From positions 910,457-945,383 of the forward strand of contig BCKQ01000006.1 in assembly GCA_001600695.1 (NCBI GenBank): DNA of 34,927 nucleotides, read 5' to 3'. The notes under the pieces were generated by a model, which ran no database searches, was not told where the DNA came from, and saw only the letters and a program-made list of their open reading frames with translations. This stretch comes from Ascoidea asiatica JCM 7603 (Eukaryota; Fungi; Ascomycota). The position numbers and the translations under genes were made by a program. Positions 21,094 through 33,479 of the stretch are shown piece by piece; positions within the stretch are counted from its first letter, which is position 1, and each line of letters begins with the position of its first letter.

Positions 21094-21706
21094 TGAAATA
21101 AAAAAACAACAAAGCAAATTCACACTCAAATAAACCTTTGTATTTTTTCTCAGCAATATCAGTATTTAAAATATGTAATATCAATTTTTTTTTCTCTTCT
21201 ACAACCAAGCTGCAATATCATAAATAGGGTAGATTTTATATTTGTTTCTCCCTAAGCTTTTTGATGTTTTTTAGTTCCTTGGATGCGCTGGTCCACTTTT
21301 TTTTAATATTTTTCAATATTTTTCTCTTATTTCATATTTTTGTTTGCTTTAACTGGAATTTTCAATAATAATTGAATACAATAATATAATAATTTGTCCT
21401 ACAACAATTGTCTGTTTCTAATACAGTAAACGTTACTTCTTTTGATGATTCTGCTGCATTATTATTAGCCTTTAATAACTTTAAATCGGATAATCATAAT
21501 CCGATTGTCCGCAGAGTTCTTTCATAAGGATTTGGTTTTCTTTTTTATCGACTTTTCCATTGCACGTGGCAAATTGAAAAAAATTACGGATATCAAACTT
21601 TTGTTCATATTACGTAACTATAAAATAATCTCGTGCACTTACATAACAGCTAGATATAAAGTAACCGGCAAGGAGAGCCGTTATTGTGGCGCCAGTGTGC
21701 CTGCAA

Positions 21707-21714
21707 TTACCCGG
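21707..21714 (+). promoter_or_regulatory. Reb1-like site in the ATP1 promoter
   Basis: TTACCCGG within a GC-rich island ~360 bp upstream of the ATP1 ATG; CACGTG at 21563-21568 nearby. Confidence 0.4.
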
Positions 21715-22066
21715 AACACACCCGTCTGAAGCCAGCGAATGAGAGCTCAGCATTCAGTCTGCGCTTCTCCCAGCAAATCAAATCCAATTCTATAAGCGCT
21801 AAGGCCAACCCTCAGTTCTTCTTCGTGCTCTATGGATGGTGCTAAGTGCTCTCTGCATCTGTTCAATTTTCACTCTCTAATTCGTGATTTCAATCCCAAT
21901 CCTCATATTCAATTACTTCAAATAAAAACGCATTCAGTTCCTATTAATCTCCAGATTCTTCCAGTTATTTTACTTTTCTTATATATATAATATTTATATA
22001 TTTATTTCATATCCATCTTGAAGTGCAATTTCACTAACATAGATAATTAATTTAATAATATTCAAC

Positions 22067-24344
22067 ATGCTTGCTTCTCGTGGATCTCGTTCTCTTTTAA
22101 GAGTAGCTGCTCGTTCTACTCGTTCCGTATTAGCTACTTCTGTTTCTCGTTCAATGCAACACATTGTAAGTTTTTCATAATTAATTTATTCATCCAAATG
22201 AAGTTAGATTGAATTTAATTCAATCTCAAATCTAAATTGAGTTTCAAAAACCAAATTTATAGACCTTTGGGACAGTACGATTAAAATTGTTCAGGTAACA
22301 TTTAATTGGTTTTTCTGAAATCTTGAATCTGAAAAATTTTCATTTCCTAAATCCGTCAGATATCAATTAATGTGATTTAAATTATTGAATATATTTAATG
22401 GAGTTTCATCTAAACTAAGAATAAAATTTGTACTGATAACAACGGTAATATATTAAATACCGATTTCAAAACAAAAAAAATTGGAACAGAAACTTAATGA
22501 AAAAGTTCAGTAATAATGTTAACTGAGAATTATTAAGATGGCCTAAATCATTTTTATTATAAAAATATTTTCAAATTTCATCTTTCAATATTTAAACAAC
22601 CTTATGGATTAAACAATTCAATGATCATTAGAGTCTATCATAGAAATCATTTAATGATTATTTTTTCTCTATTGATATACTCTATTTTAGATTTAGCAAG
22701 TTTATTTTTTCAATCTGTTTAAAGACACAGAATACTAACTAATATTTCAATTAATTTTTTTTTTACAATTTAAAGGCTCGTCCAGCGTTAGTAGTTTCTG
22801 GTCGTCGTTTTGCTTCAACTAAACCACAACCAACTGAAGTTTCTTCAATTCTTGAAAGCCGTATTAGAGGTGTTTCTGAAGAAGCTAATTTAGACGAAAC
22901 TGGAAGAGTTTTATCCGTCGGTGATGGTATTGCTCGTGTTTTCGGTCTTAATAACTGTCAAGCTGAAGAATTAGTTGAATTCGCTTCTGGTGTTAAAGGT
23001 ATGGCTCTTAATTTAGAAGCTGGTCAAGTTGGTATCGTTTTATTCGGTTCTGATAGATTAGTTAAAGAAGGTGAAACTGTTAAACGTACTGGAAAAATTG
23101 TTGATGTTCCTGTTGGACCTGCTTTATTAGGTCGTGTTGTTGATGCTTTAGGTAATCCAATTGATGGTAAAGGACCTGTTGAATCAGTTGGTTTCTCAAG
23201 AGCTCAATTAAAAGCTCCTGGTATTTTACCAAGACAATCTGTTTTTGAACCAATGCAAACTGGTTTAAAATCTGTTGATGCTTTAGTCCCAATTGGTAGA
23301 GGTCAAAGAGAATTAATTATTGGTGATCGTCAAACTGGTAAAACTGCCGTTGCTTTAGATACTATTTTAAATCAAAAAAGATGGAATAATGGTACTGATG
23401 AAACAAAAAAATTATATTGTGTTTATGTTGCCGTTGGACAAAAACGTTCAACTGTTGCTCAATTAGTTCAAACTTTAGAACAACATGATGCTCTTAAATA
23501 TTCTATTATTGTTGCTGCTACTGCCTCTGAAGCTGCTCCATTACAATATTTAGCTCCATTTACTGCTTGTGCTATTGGTGAATGGTTTAGAGATAATGGT
23601 AAACATGCTTTAATTGTCTATGATGATTTATCAAAACAAGCTGTTGCATACCGTCAATTATCTTTACTTTTACGTCGTCCACCAGGAAGAGAAGCTTATC
23701 CAGGTGATGTCTTTTATTTACATTCTCGTTTATTAGAAAGAGCTGCTAAAATGTCTGATAAATTAGGTGGTGGTTCATTAACTGCTTTACCTGTTATTGA
23801 AACTCAAGGTGGTGATGTCTCCGCTTATATTCCAACTAATGTTATTTCTATTACAGATGGTCAAATTTTCTTAGAAGCTGAATTATTTTACAAAGGTATC
23901 AGACCTGCCATTAATGTTGGTTTATCTGTTTCTCGTGTCGGTTCTGCTGCTCAAGTTAAAGCTATGAAGCAAGTTGCTGGTTCTTTAAAACTTTTCTTAG
24001 CTCAATATAGAGAAGTTGCTGCTTTTGCTCAATTTGGTTCTGATTTAGATGCTTCTACTAGACAAACTTTAGCTAGAGGTGAAAGATTAACTCAATTATT
24101 AAAACAAAAACAATATAGTCCATTAGCTGCTGAAGAACAAGTACCATTAATTTACGCTGGTGTTAATGGTTTCTTAGATAAAGTTCCAATTCAACAAATT
24201 GGTAAATTTGAAGAAGAATTCTTAGCATACTTAAAAGCTAATGAAACTGAAGTTTTAGATGCTATTAGAGAAAAAGGTAAATTATCTGATGAATTATTAG
24301 CCAAATTAAAATCTGCAACTGAATCTTTTATTGCTACTTTTTAA
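22067..24344 (+). CDS. ATP1: Mitochondrial F1 ATP synthase alpha subunit; join(22067..22165,22776..24344), 555 aa
   Basis: Exon 1 encodes an Arg/Ser-rich presequence [33 protein letters not shown]; exon 2 resumes [42 protein letters not shown] and runs in frame into ORF 23001-24344 (GDRQTGKT P-loop, [24 protein letters not shown]). Confidence 0.97.
22166..22775 (+). other. ATP1 phase-0 spliceosomal intron (610 nt) with AAG acceptor
   Basis: Donor GTAAGT 22166, branch point TACTAAC 22733-22739, T tract, first downstream AG is AAG 22773-22775 and it restores the frame. Confidence 0.85.
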
Positions 24345-25439
24345 GTGAATTAGCTTAAGTATTATTTATTGTAATTAGATATCCTGCTTGGGAGATAAAG
24401 ATAAAATAGTACTTAATATTGTTTATTTATTCAGTCTTGACTATATACTTATATTTAGAATAATTGTGTGTTTTTTTACTCGTTTATAATTTATCTGAAA
24501 TCGCATTCATATTCCGCTTTGAAAAAAATTGTTAAAATAACTAATGAAAATTTTATGAAAAACTAATTAAGTAGAAAAACATCAAACGAATATATTAGGA
24601 TATTAAAAACACGACAAACTAGGTATTCTTGTATAATTCCTTATTGTTTTTCTTTCTCTCGAAAACTAGTTTTATGTCTACTCTCATGTTTAAATAGAAG
24701 CTGAAGTAGTATTAGTATTCCAATAAAAATATAATGTTATTTGTAAGGACTTTAAGTATGGGAACTTTTCTGAACTCAGCCTTTTTTCATCTCCTGCTGA
24801 ACAATTTTAAGCGCGGTATCGAAGTAGAGCTTACCAGATAATTGTATTCTTGCAAATCAAATGAAGTCGATAAATCAAACTAATTTCAATTGAATTAGTG
24901 GAATCAAATGACTTTATTATCATAAATTCATTTATTGAGAACTACTTATTGTAAAAGAAGAATAAGTTTTGTTGTAAATAACTAATAGAGTATTTGAATG
25001 GATCAAGGGGCTAAAACTATTATTAAATCGTGAAAATATCAAATATTCACTTGGTATGGAATCTTTAGGAATGAATGATGATAGTGAATATGAAATTTGA
25101 TATCAAAAAGTAATAAGAGAGATATTTTTATTTATATAGCTTCTACAAACGTACCGCAAAAAAAAAAATTAATGAAATTTGATCATAAATAATATATTAT
25201 ATCAGGGTTATTAAATACACCTATTTTGAAACAATTAAGATAATATTTTCGAAGAATTTGAATGCAGGATATTAAAAATTATAAAAAAAACAAACGAATC
25301 AGATAATGATTCAAAGAACAAAAGAATCTCTGTATAAGACAAAAGATGTTAAGAAGAAAGTCAAAAAATAAAAGAGTTAAAACATTAAACTAATTGCACA
25401 GACAATATGGTATCAAATATATGAATTATTTCTAATAAT

Positions 25440-26915
25440 TTAAAAGAAAAATAAACCTAAAACACCTGCAACAAAGGTTAATAAACCTGAAGCAGCCATA
25501 TTATTACCGGCATTACTGTAAGCTTCAATAGTTGAAACACCACTAGTAGCAGCAGCAGTGGCAGTTGATAAAGTAACAGCAGCACTAGAAGCAGCAGTAG
25601 TACCAGTAGTTGCAGCTAAGGTAGAAGTAACTGGAACAACAGTTGTAAGAACAGTAGAAGTAGCAACAGTAGTTACAACTGTTTTTTCACTACAAACATC
25701 AGAAGTACATTGAGTGACAACAGTTGTAGCAGTAGAAGAAATTGGAGAAGTGTAAACAACAGTACTTGATCCAGTTACAACAGAACCAGTTTCAGTTGAA
25801 AGAGGACAAGTAGTGGTGTAAACAGTTGCAACAGATGTTGTGGAAACTGATGTTACTACTGAACAAGTGGTATGATCACAAGAGGTAATAGTAAGAGTTG
25901 TTTCAACTGGAACAGAAGTGCTTACAACAGAAGTAGTGAGAGCAGTAGATGAAGTTGAAAGAGGACAAGTTGTAGTATAGACAGTTTCAACAGAGGTGGT
26001 TGAAACTGAAGTAATAACAGAACAGGCATTATCTTTGCATGAAGTAATAGTAACAGTAGTTTCAACTGGAACAGAAGTACTAACAACAGATGTAGTCATC
26101 TCTTCAGTAGTAGAAAGAGGACAAGTTGTAGTATAAATAGTTTCAACAGAAGTAGTTCCAACAGATGTTACTTCTGAACAAGCATTATCTTTACAAGAAG
26201 TAATAGTAACAGTGGTTTCAACTGGAGCAGAAGTGGTAACAACAGTAAAAGAAGTACCAGTAGATTTAGTTAAATCACTAAGAGGACAAGTTGTAGTGTA
26301 AACAGTTGTAGTATAATGAGTTGTAAGAGTGCTTGCTTCAGTACATGAAAGAGTACCACAATCAGTAACAACAACAGTTTCAACATCAGCAACAGTTGCA
26401 GTTGTAACAAAAGTAGTTAATCCAGAAGCAGTTGAAGTAACAGTTGAAGAAGCACCAGAAGAAGCACCAGAAGAAGATGATGATAATGAAACTTCAATAT
26501 TTAAACCAATAGAATCAGCTCTTTTTAATAATGTAGCAGCAGTATAATTACCACCACTAGATATATCATAACCACCATTATCATTTGGGGTTGCAATAAA
26601 AGATAAAGAACCACCATAGTATAAAAATGGACTTGAAGCACCAGAAGGAGTTCTAACATCCCAGTTTGTATCTTTGGTTGCAGAACAAATAAAAGATGAA
26701 CCGGATTTAGCTAAATAAGTACCATCACCACAAGTAACATAATTGTCAGTAAAATCTGGAGAGAAAGCTGAACCATCATTAATAGTCATATGATCATGAT
26801 AACTAACTGGAGAACCTTCAATGGCAGTACCTGGATGACGAGCAGTAAGACCCATAGTTGCAGCTGTTGCAAATGAAATGCAAGATGCAATAGTTATTAA
26901 AGACTGATATAACAT
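25440..26915 (-). CDS. GPI-anchored cell-wall glycoprotein / adhesin-like: Cwp1-like N-terminal domain plus flocculin type-3 repeats
   Basis: Signal peptide, ~125-aa beta-rich head, Thr/Ser/Val-rich repeats TVTITSCKDNACS..YTTTCPLS, omega region YSNAGN followed by a hydrophobic tail. Confidence 0.85.
   Translation of the reverse strand: MLYQSLITIASCISFATAATMGLTARHPGTAIEGSPVSYHDHMTINDGSAFSPDFTDNYVTCGDGTYLAKSGSSFICSATKDTNWDVRTPSGASSPFLYYGGSLSFIATPNDNGGYDISSGGNYTAATLLKRADSIGLNIEVSLSSSSSGASSGASSTVTSTASGLTTFVTTATVADVETVVVTDCGTLSCTEASTLTTHYTTTVYTTTCPLSDLTKSTGTSFTVVTTSAPVETTVTITSCKDNACSEVTSVGTTSVETIYTTTCPLSTTEEMTTSVVSTSVPVETTVTITSCKDNACSVITSVSTTSVETVYTTTCPLSTSSTALTTSVVSTSVPVETTLTITSCDHTTCSVVTSVSTTSVATVYTTTCPLSTETGSVVTGSSTVVYTSPISSTATTVVTQCTSDVCSEKTVVTTVATSTVLTTVVPVTSTLAATTGTTAASSAAVTLSTATAAATSGVSTIEAYSNAGNNMAASGLLTFVAGVLGLFFF
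25790..26400 (-). repeat. Intragenic tandem repeats, four units of 156-165 bp (52-55 aa)
   Basis: Anchor agaggacaag (TCPL) at 25801, 25960, 26116 and 26281. Confidence 0.85.
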
Positions 26916-27775
26916 TTTTATATTATTATTATATGGTTAATTTTTAAATTATTATTATTATTATTATTATTATTAAAGTGATTATAATTAAAATTGATAT
27001 TAAATTAAATTAAAGTGAATTAAATTAAAGTATATTGGATTTATATTATAGAATAAAGATATTGAATTTAAATATTTTTAAAGCGAATGTGAAATAATTT
27101 ATTTTCTTTAATTATGTTTAAATATAATAAAAAATAGAAGAATAAAGAAAAATAAAAGAATTCAAATACAAATAATTATTAGAGAAATTGGCTTAGATTT
27201 ATATTGAAATTTTTAATTATTGATTTCAATTGAAATGAGTAAAAAAGAAGGCAAAAAAAAAAAAGAGAGAAGGATACAAGGACAAAGAGATAAATGGATA
27301 GATAGTGAATAAAATTCAAAATTATGAGAATAAAGACAAAAATTCCAATTTTGTAATTTCAACCACTCACATAATTAACAATCGTTAAGTAATTGTTTAG
27401 TGAAACTATTATTACAGTACAGTAGTGGGTGAAATTAATAGGTGAAATTATAAAATTAAAAGATTATGAAATTATAAATTATTTGAAAACTTTAAGTTTA
27501 TTAATTCATCTATTCAATAATTTATTTCAATTATCTTGAATTTTCTTATTAATATAATAAAAGAATAATAGATTAAAAGTATAAAAGAGTTAATTCGCAT
27601 ATAGAAAATAATGAATCATCAATTGAGCATTATATTTTTATAAATATTAAAAGTTTAATTATGTTAATTTTGACCAAAACTTTGTAAATATTTACAAATA
27701 TTTATGTTCAATTATGTTTAAAAAGTTTTAAATTTTAAGACATTTTGAATAAACATGAATAATTATGATTACTCA

Positions 27776-27812
27776 TGAATAATGTTGAATAATGTTGAAT
27801 AATGTTGAATAA
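27776..27812. repeat. 10-bp tandem repeat (AATGTTGAAT) x3
   Basis: aatgttgaat at 27781, 27791, 27801. Confidence 0.75.
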
Positions 27813-29989
27813 ATAAGGTTAAACAACTAAAACTCTTAACTAGACTAGAAAAATATTTTAATTTTTTTACATTAAAATTTCAATTAAGCCAATAAGAAAA
27901 AAAATGGATTATCAGTTACTATAGTTTTGTAATCCAGTTCATGAAAAGAGGTAATAGTCATATAGAAAAAGGACCTATTTTTTTCAAAATAGGTAAAAAA
28001 AAGCAATGTAGCAATCTCTAAAGGGGATATTGGATTATAATTGGATAGTCAATAGAAATGTTCAAAAATACTGGAGAGTGAGTGAAAAAGAAATACTTCA
28101 AGGCTAGTGATTGAAAACAGCAGGCACTAAAGGATCGTCTCTTATTACAAGGAAGTAAAAAAAATACTAAATTTGAAGGTATTGAAAATATTTAAAGTAT
28201 TCAATATTTTGAAGATCTTTGAGAAAAACGAAAATATTAAGAATATTGAGAATAATCCAAATTCGGTGCAAATGCCTTGATGCAGCATACAATTTTGTGT
28301 AGTGGTTATAAGTGAACAGTGAACAGTGAACAGTAAGTAGTAAATGAGACTAAGAGTACTGAACACAGCGAACACTGAAATCATAGGCAGGGGCTGGTTG
28401 AAGAGCGTCCGCTCATCTCGGGTAGATTCACGGGCCACTACTTGGGCTGTTATTTCCGTTTTAGGTGGTTTGACAAGCAAAGTGGATAATGCCATACACC
28501 AGGTTCCGTGCGGTGTAGACCGTGTACTGCACCGGGTACCGGGCGTGGGTTTTGGTGTTGCAGCTGGTGCCGTTTTGTGTGGAAGGTTGCTTCTTTGCGT
28601 TTTTGGGATGGCTGCACCGAATGCATCACCTCTGCAGCCGGCTTGTCGGAGGCGGGCTTGTCTCTGGCAATGAAGCTGGCTGCCTAAAATGAAACTGGAG
28701 TAACCCTCTTTCAAATACCCTTGTAATTGGGATGAATTTAGTTAGATTATATTTTTGAACCCAGTTTTTAGCTAGGCACACATGTGTGAACGTGCTCTTT
28801 TTTCTGGAAGGGTTTTTGGGTGAAGTAATACTTTGTGTGCTTTAGTTTATATTCGGAACCTGTTAAACATGAATATTCCAATATTCCAATATTCTTTCAA
28901 TATTATCCTCCCCCCCTGTTTTTCAAAATTTACTCGTATTCCAAAAATAGGAATTTCTTCTGAAATTGATAAATTTCATAAAAATACAATTATTGCACTA
29001 TGACTTAGAGAACAAACAAAAAAAACCGAATATACCATGAAATTTGCAAAATTTCGGAAAATAGTTTTTGCAAAGGTTTTTCAATTAATTGTATTATTTC
29101 AAATTTTTAGAACAGTTATGAAATTTATAAATTTGTTCAAAAATATATAAAGAGAAATGAAACCGAATGTATTTCTTAGTAAGAAAATGTTAATATCTGT
29201 AAAGTTTATGAACATAAAAATGTAAAATTTTTGATAAAATTTTTCTATTGTAATTCAAATGTTGTTTGAAATTATTCCATTTTTGATAATTATTAATACT
29301 TATTGGAGGATTATGATTTAATTCATTTAAATCATTTGAGATCATTTGAAACTACGATACAATTTTTGATAATTATTTATTAGCAATAAAGATATTATTA
29401 ATATAAATATTAATTAATTATCCGAGTTTCAAAAAACTGGTGACTGAATTCAAATTAGTTGAATTTTGACTCAATTATTTTATTTTTGTATTTTGTTGTT
29501 AAGATTAAATGAAATACATTTATGATTTATAATCTACGGAATGATTTGTAATTCATTAATAATAATTAAATTGAATTGAATTGTAAATTATTAAGGTTTA
29601 GGATAATAAAAGTTTTTGATGCAGGGGTAAATTATAGATTTGGTTGGTTTTTCCGAAAGAAAGAACAATTGAATGTTAGACACCGTTGATTATGTAATAT
29701 TTCTTATTAACATATGGTGGAGTTAATACTAAAGAAGTAATCATGAAGTAGAATTTGTAGTGTATTTAGATAAGTCAAGGAAAGAGAAAGCCCGAATGGA
29801 ATAAAGGATTGATTGAAAAGGGGTTTGAATAAATAGAATAGAATAAATTATACTATATAGAATAAGTTTAATTTATTCTATATAGTATGTAAAGTTTTAT
29901 AGAAAAGTTAAAGAAAGAAGAAAATATTCAAATATATACTGGATACTGTGTATAAGTTTTAGGTTAATAATAATACCTTAGGATTAAAA

Positions 29990-30949
29990 ATGGATAACCA
30001 TCAAAAAGCAGTTGAAGCAAATCAAAATAGTTTTAATAAAGAAAGGGTTAATATTTATGATAAAAGAAATGTTGAATTAAATTTAATGAATAATATTCTT
30101 TTAAGACTATTATTAAATTTCAATCCAAATAAATTTGAAATTAAATTAAATAGTAATAAAAAAGAAACTAAAACTATTGGAGAATTAAATAAGAAAGTAT
30201 TTGGATTTAATGATAAAAATTTTTTTTTACCAAAAGAGGATACAATTTTATTTAAAATCAAAAATAATAAGAATGAAGGGTTGAAAGTATTAGATTTTGC
30301 GTGTGGAACAGGAATGGTTTCAGAAGGATTAATTGAATATGGAAATGTCAAAGAATTAATTGGAATTGATATATCTGATAATGCATTAAAATTATTTGAA
30401 GAAAAAAGTAAAAAATTTAATGAAGAAAATAAAGAAATTAATGGAAAACAAATGAAATTTGAAAAAATAGATATACTCAAAGAAGAATTTAAAGTTAATG
30501 ATTTTGATGTTGTTATTTGTACATTAGGTTATCATCATTTTGAAGATATAAATAAAATTACAAAAAAATTATCAAGCTTTTTAAAAAAAAATGGATGGAT
30601 AATTATTATTGATATACATTCAGAAGATTTAGATAAATTAACATTAAAAGATTTAATTACCGAAGATTTTGTTTCAAAAAACAATCAATCAGTTCGTCAT
30701 GTTGGTGGATTACCAAAAATTTTAATTGAAGAAGGATTTAAAAATTGTAAAAATTTAAAAAATTTCAAAATTTCATTATCAAAATATAATTATTTTCATT
30801 GGGGAATACCAAGATTTTTATTAAATCATAGTTCTAAAGATACACTTGAAAAACTAAAAAATGGTGAATTAAAAGAATGTCAATTTGATGGAGAAACCAA
30901 TTATCTTATTGAACAAGGATTTATCATCGCAGCAGCTCAAAAGATTTGA
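29990..30949 (+). CDS. Class I SAM-dependent methyltransferase, substrate unknown
   Basis: Motif I VLDFACGTG, post-I LIGIDIS, motif II FDVVICTLGYHHF, motif III LKKNGWIIIID. Confidence 0.88.
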   Translation: MDNHQKAVEANQNSFNKERVNIYDKRNVELNLMNNILLRLLLNFNPNKFEIKLNSNKKETKTIGELNKKVFGFNDKNFFLPKEDTILFKIKNNKNEGLKVLDFACGTGMVSEGLIEYGNVKELIGIDISDNALKLFEEKSKKFNEENKEINGKQMKFEKIDILKEEFKVNDFDVVICTLGYHHFEDINKITKKLSSFLKKNGWIIIIDIHSEDLDKLTLKDLITEDFVSKNNQSVRHVGGLPKILIEEGFKNCKNLKNFKISLSKYNYFHWGIPRFLLNHSSKDTLEKLKNGELKECQFDGETNYLIEQGFIIAAAQKI

Positions 30950-31913
30950 ATTTATTACGAGAAATAAATTAAATACCTTTCAATCTACCATTTTATACAT
31001 TATTGCCTGGTGTGGGTAAAAATATTATTATTTGTCGCCGATAACGCGATAAGTTAAGATAGCATATTACCCTACTTTACACGGGACTAACGCGTTTTTG
31101 CATCACGGAGCACAAAACAGAAAACAGGCACGCAGAACACAAAAGAGAAAAAGAGAAAGAAAGAAAAAGGAGGTGTCACGGGTTCCTAGAAGTTCATGTG
31201 ACTTACATACTTTGTGGCAAGCCGTGCGAGACTTTTCTCTTACCCTCCCCTGAGCGCGTACACTGGGCGTTGCGAGGAAACGACAAGTATCTGCTAAGGA
31301 ATCTGCTACGGAAACTGATATGGAAAGAGCTAATGTGCCACGGTAGAGGTAATTGAGCACGGATATCCGTGAGTCTGGGCCAGTGAAGTAGATTAATACC
31401 GGTGCAATAGTGTATCAATATCAATTGTAGTAGATTAGTGATTAGTGATTAGTGGATGGTGGCATTATGCTAAGACCTGAGGTTCTTCCTCCTCTTGCAA
31501 TATCCAATATTCAATATCTAATATCTAATATCTAAATCTAATCATCTTACTTTCACATATGCGATTTTCTATCAATCTATTCAACAGGAATCAAAAGGAA
31601 TAATATTTAGCTACAATATAATAATCATCTAGAATATAATCAAGAAGAACATAACTAAATATAATCCACGAAGAATATAATCAAAAATAATACCCATCCA
31701 TTTACATTGATTCAATTTCATAAATATTCTAAAATTCACTAATCTTATTATCTCTTATAACTATAATACATTTATCTATCTTATTATATAATATTCATAT
31801 TCTTGTCTATAATATTTATATATATATATACAAACAAACAAACGTTAAAATATTCCAAATTTCTCCTATATTTCATCCTATAAATTAATTCAATTAATTA
31901 ATTATCTATAAAA

Positions 31914-32576
31914 ATGTCCGATAATATGACTGATGATTATTCTTATGATTATGAATACCTTTTTAAAATTGTATTAATTGGTGATTCTGGTGTAGGTAAA
32001 TCAAATTTATTATCTCGTTTTACAAGAAATGAATTCAATTTAGAGTCAAGATCAACTATTGGTGTTGAATTTGCAACAAGAACTGTTGAAATAGATGGTA
32101 AAAGAGTTAAAGCTCAAATTTGGGATACAGCTGGTCAAGAACGTTATAGAGCTATTACTTCTGCTTATTATAGAGGTGCTGTTGGTGCTTTAGTTGTTTA
32201 TGATATATCAAAAGCTGAATCTTATGAATCTGTTGCAAGATGGTTAAAAGAATTAAAAGAACATGCTGATGCTAATATTGTAATTGAATTAGTTGGTAAT
32301 AAATCCGATTTAGATCATTTAAGATCTGTACCAACTGATGAAGCTAAAAGTTTTGCTGCTGAAAATCAATTATTATTTACTGAAGCTTCTGCTTTAAATG
32401 CTGAAAATGTTGATTTATCTTTTCATCAATTATTAAAATCAATTTATGATATGGTTTCAAAACATCAATTTGATATGTCCGAATATCCTGGTCAAGCTCC
32501 AAGTAAAGGTCCAACCGTTGATTTAACTCCAAAACAAACTAATAATGAAAAATCTTCAAACTCAAATTGTTGTTAA
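31914..32576 (+). CDS. YPT31: Rab11-family GTPase Ypt31/Ypt32
   Basis: [65 protein letters not shown]-terminal CC prenylation motif. Confidence 0.97.
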   Translation: MSDNMTDDYSYDYEYLFKIVLIGDSGVGKSNLLSRFTRNEFNLESRSTIGVEFATRTVEIDGKRVKAQIWDTAGQERYRAITSAYYRGAVGALVVYDISKAESYESVARWLKELKEHADANIVIELVGNKSDLDHLRSVPTDEAKSFAAENQLLFTEASALNAENVDLSFHQLLKSIYDMVSKHQFDMSEYPGQAPSKGPTVDLTPKQTNNEKSSNSNCC

Positions 32577-33479
32577 TTAAATTAATCAAAATCAAAATAA
32601 GTTTATATGATCAACAAATAATCAAAAAAAAAAAAACACAAATAAAAAATTAAAAAAAAAAAGATTATGATTAATTTTATTGAAAAAAAAAAAATTGAAA
32701 AAAATATCCTTATTATGTTCTTTTTTTCATTTATTCCTTTCATTTTTTAGTTTTTACTTCTCAGATTTTCATATTTTCTTTTTTCTTTTTTCTTTTTTTC
32801 TTTTCTTGTTCATGTGTTTTTTTTTCAATGACACTTAGCTTCTAACATCATGATTTACCCTTATTCAAATTTTTCATTCATTTTCATTGCCTTTTCCTTT
32901 ACCATTATCTATCACCTATTTTTGTTATTTCCTTATTCTTATTCTTATTTTGTTTTTGTTTTATTTTGTTAATTTTTGTTTTATTTCAATTTATCAATCT
33001 ATTCTATTTTAATCTAATTTTTATCTACTATTTTATTATTTTATTATTTTATTTATTTTCCAAACTGATTACATTAAACTGAAATGTATATATTACAATT
33101 TACATTTCTTAAATTTTTCATAAATTAACTTTTATTCCTTATTATCTTCGATCTGTATAAATATTTTTGAATTTCTATTTATATCTATTTATATTTATTC
33201 ATCGTTATATATATAAATATATATATAAAAATAATAATATATAATAATACATATAATAATATCAATATAATAATAATTTTGATATAAGCTAAAAGAATTC
33301 AATTTATAAAACAATAATATACCATATATAAGAAATATAAATATAAAAAAAAAGAACAGGAAGAAAAAAAAGTAAATAAATTTTCAATTTTAAAGAAATA
33401 AAAGAAATAAAAGTTATAAAAATACATAATGATATAATAAATTAAAAGAATAATTAACAAAATAATAAATGAAATATTA

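Noticed and set aside
22292-22300. CAG|GTAACA recursive-splice-like site in the ATP1 intron
   Set aside because: No branch point upstream and a weak donor.
25075-25081. ATGATGA C-box candidate
   Set aside because: No downstream CTGA or rRNA-complementary guide.
28145-28714. 189-aa and 109-aa overlapping ORFs
   Set aside because: Explained by stop-codon scarcity in the GC island; codon usage unlike the real genes, and the longer ORF starts at TTG.
29885-29981. GTATGT..TAG upstream of the methyltransferase
   Set aside because: No branch-point consensus between them.
31103-31424. Two short minus-strand ORFs
   Set aside because: Lie in the GC-rich YPT31 promoter island; no protein motifs.
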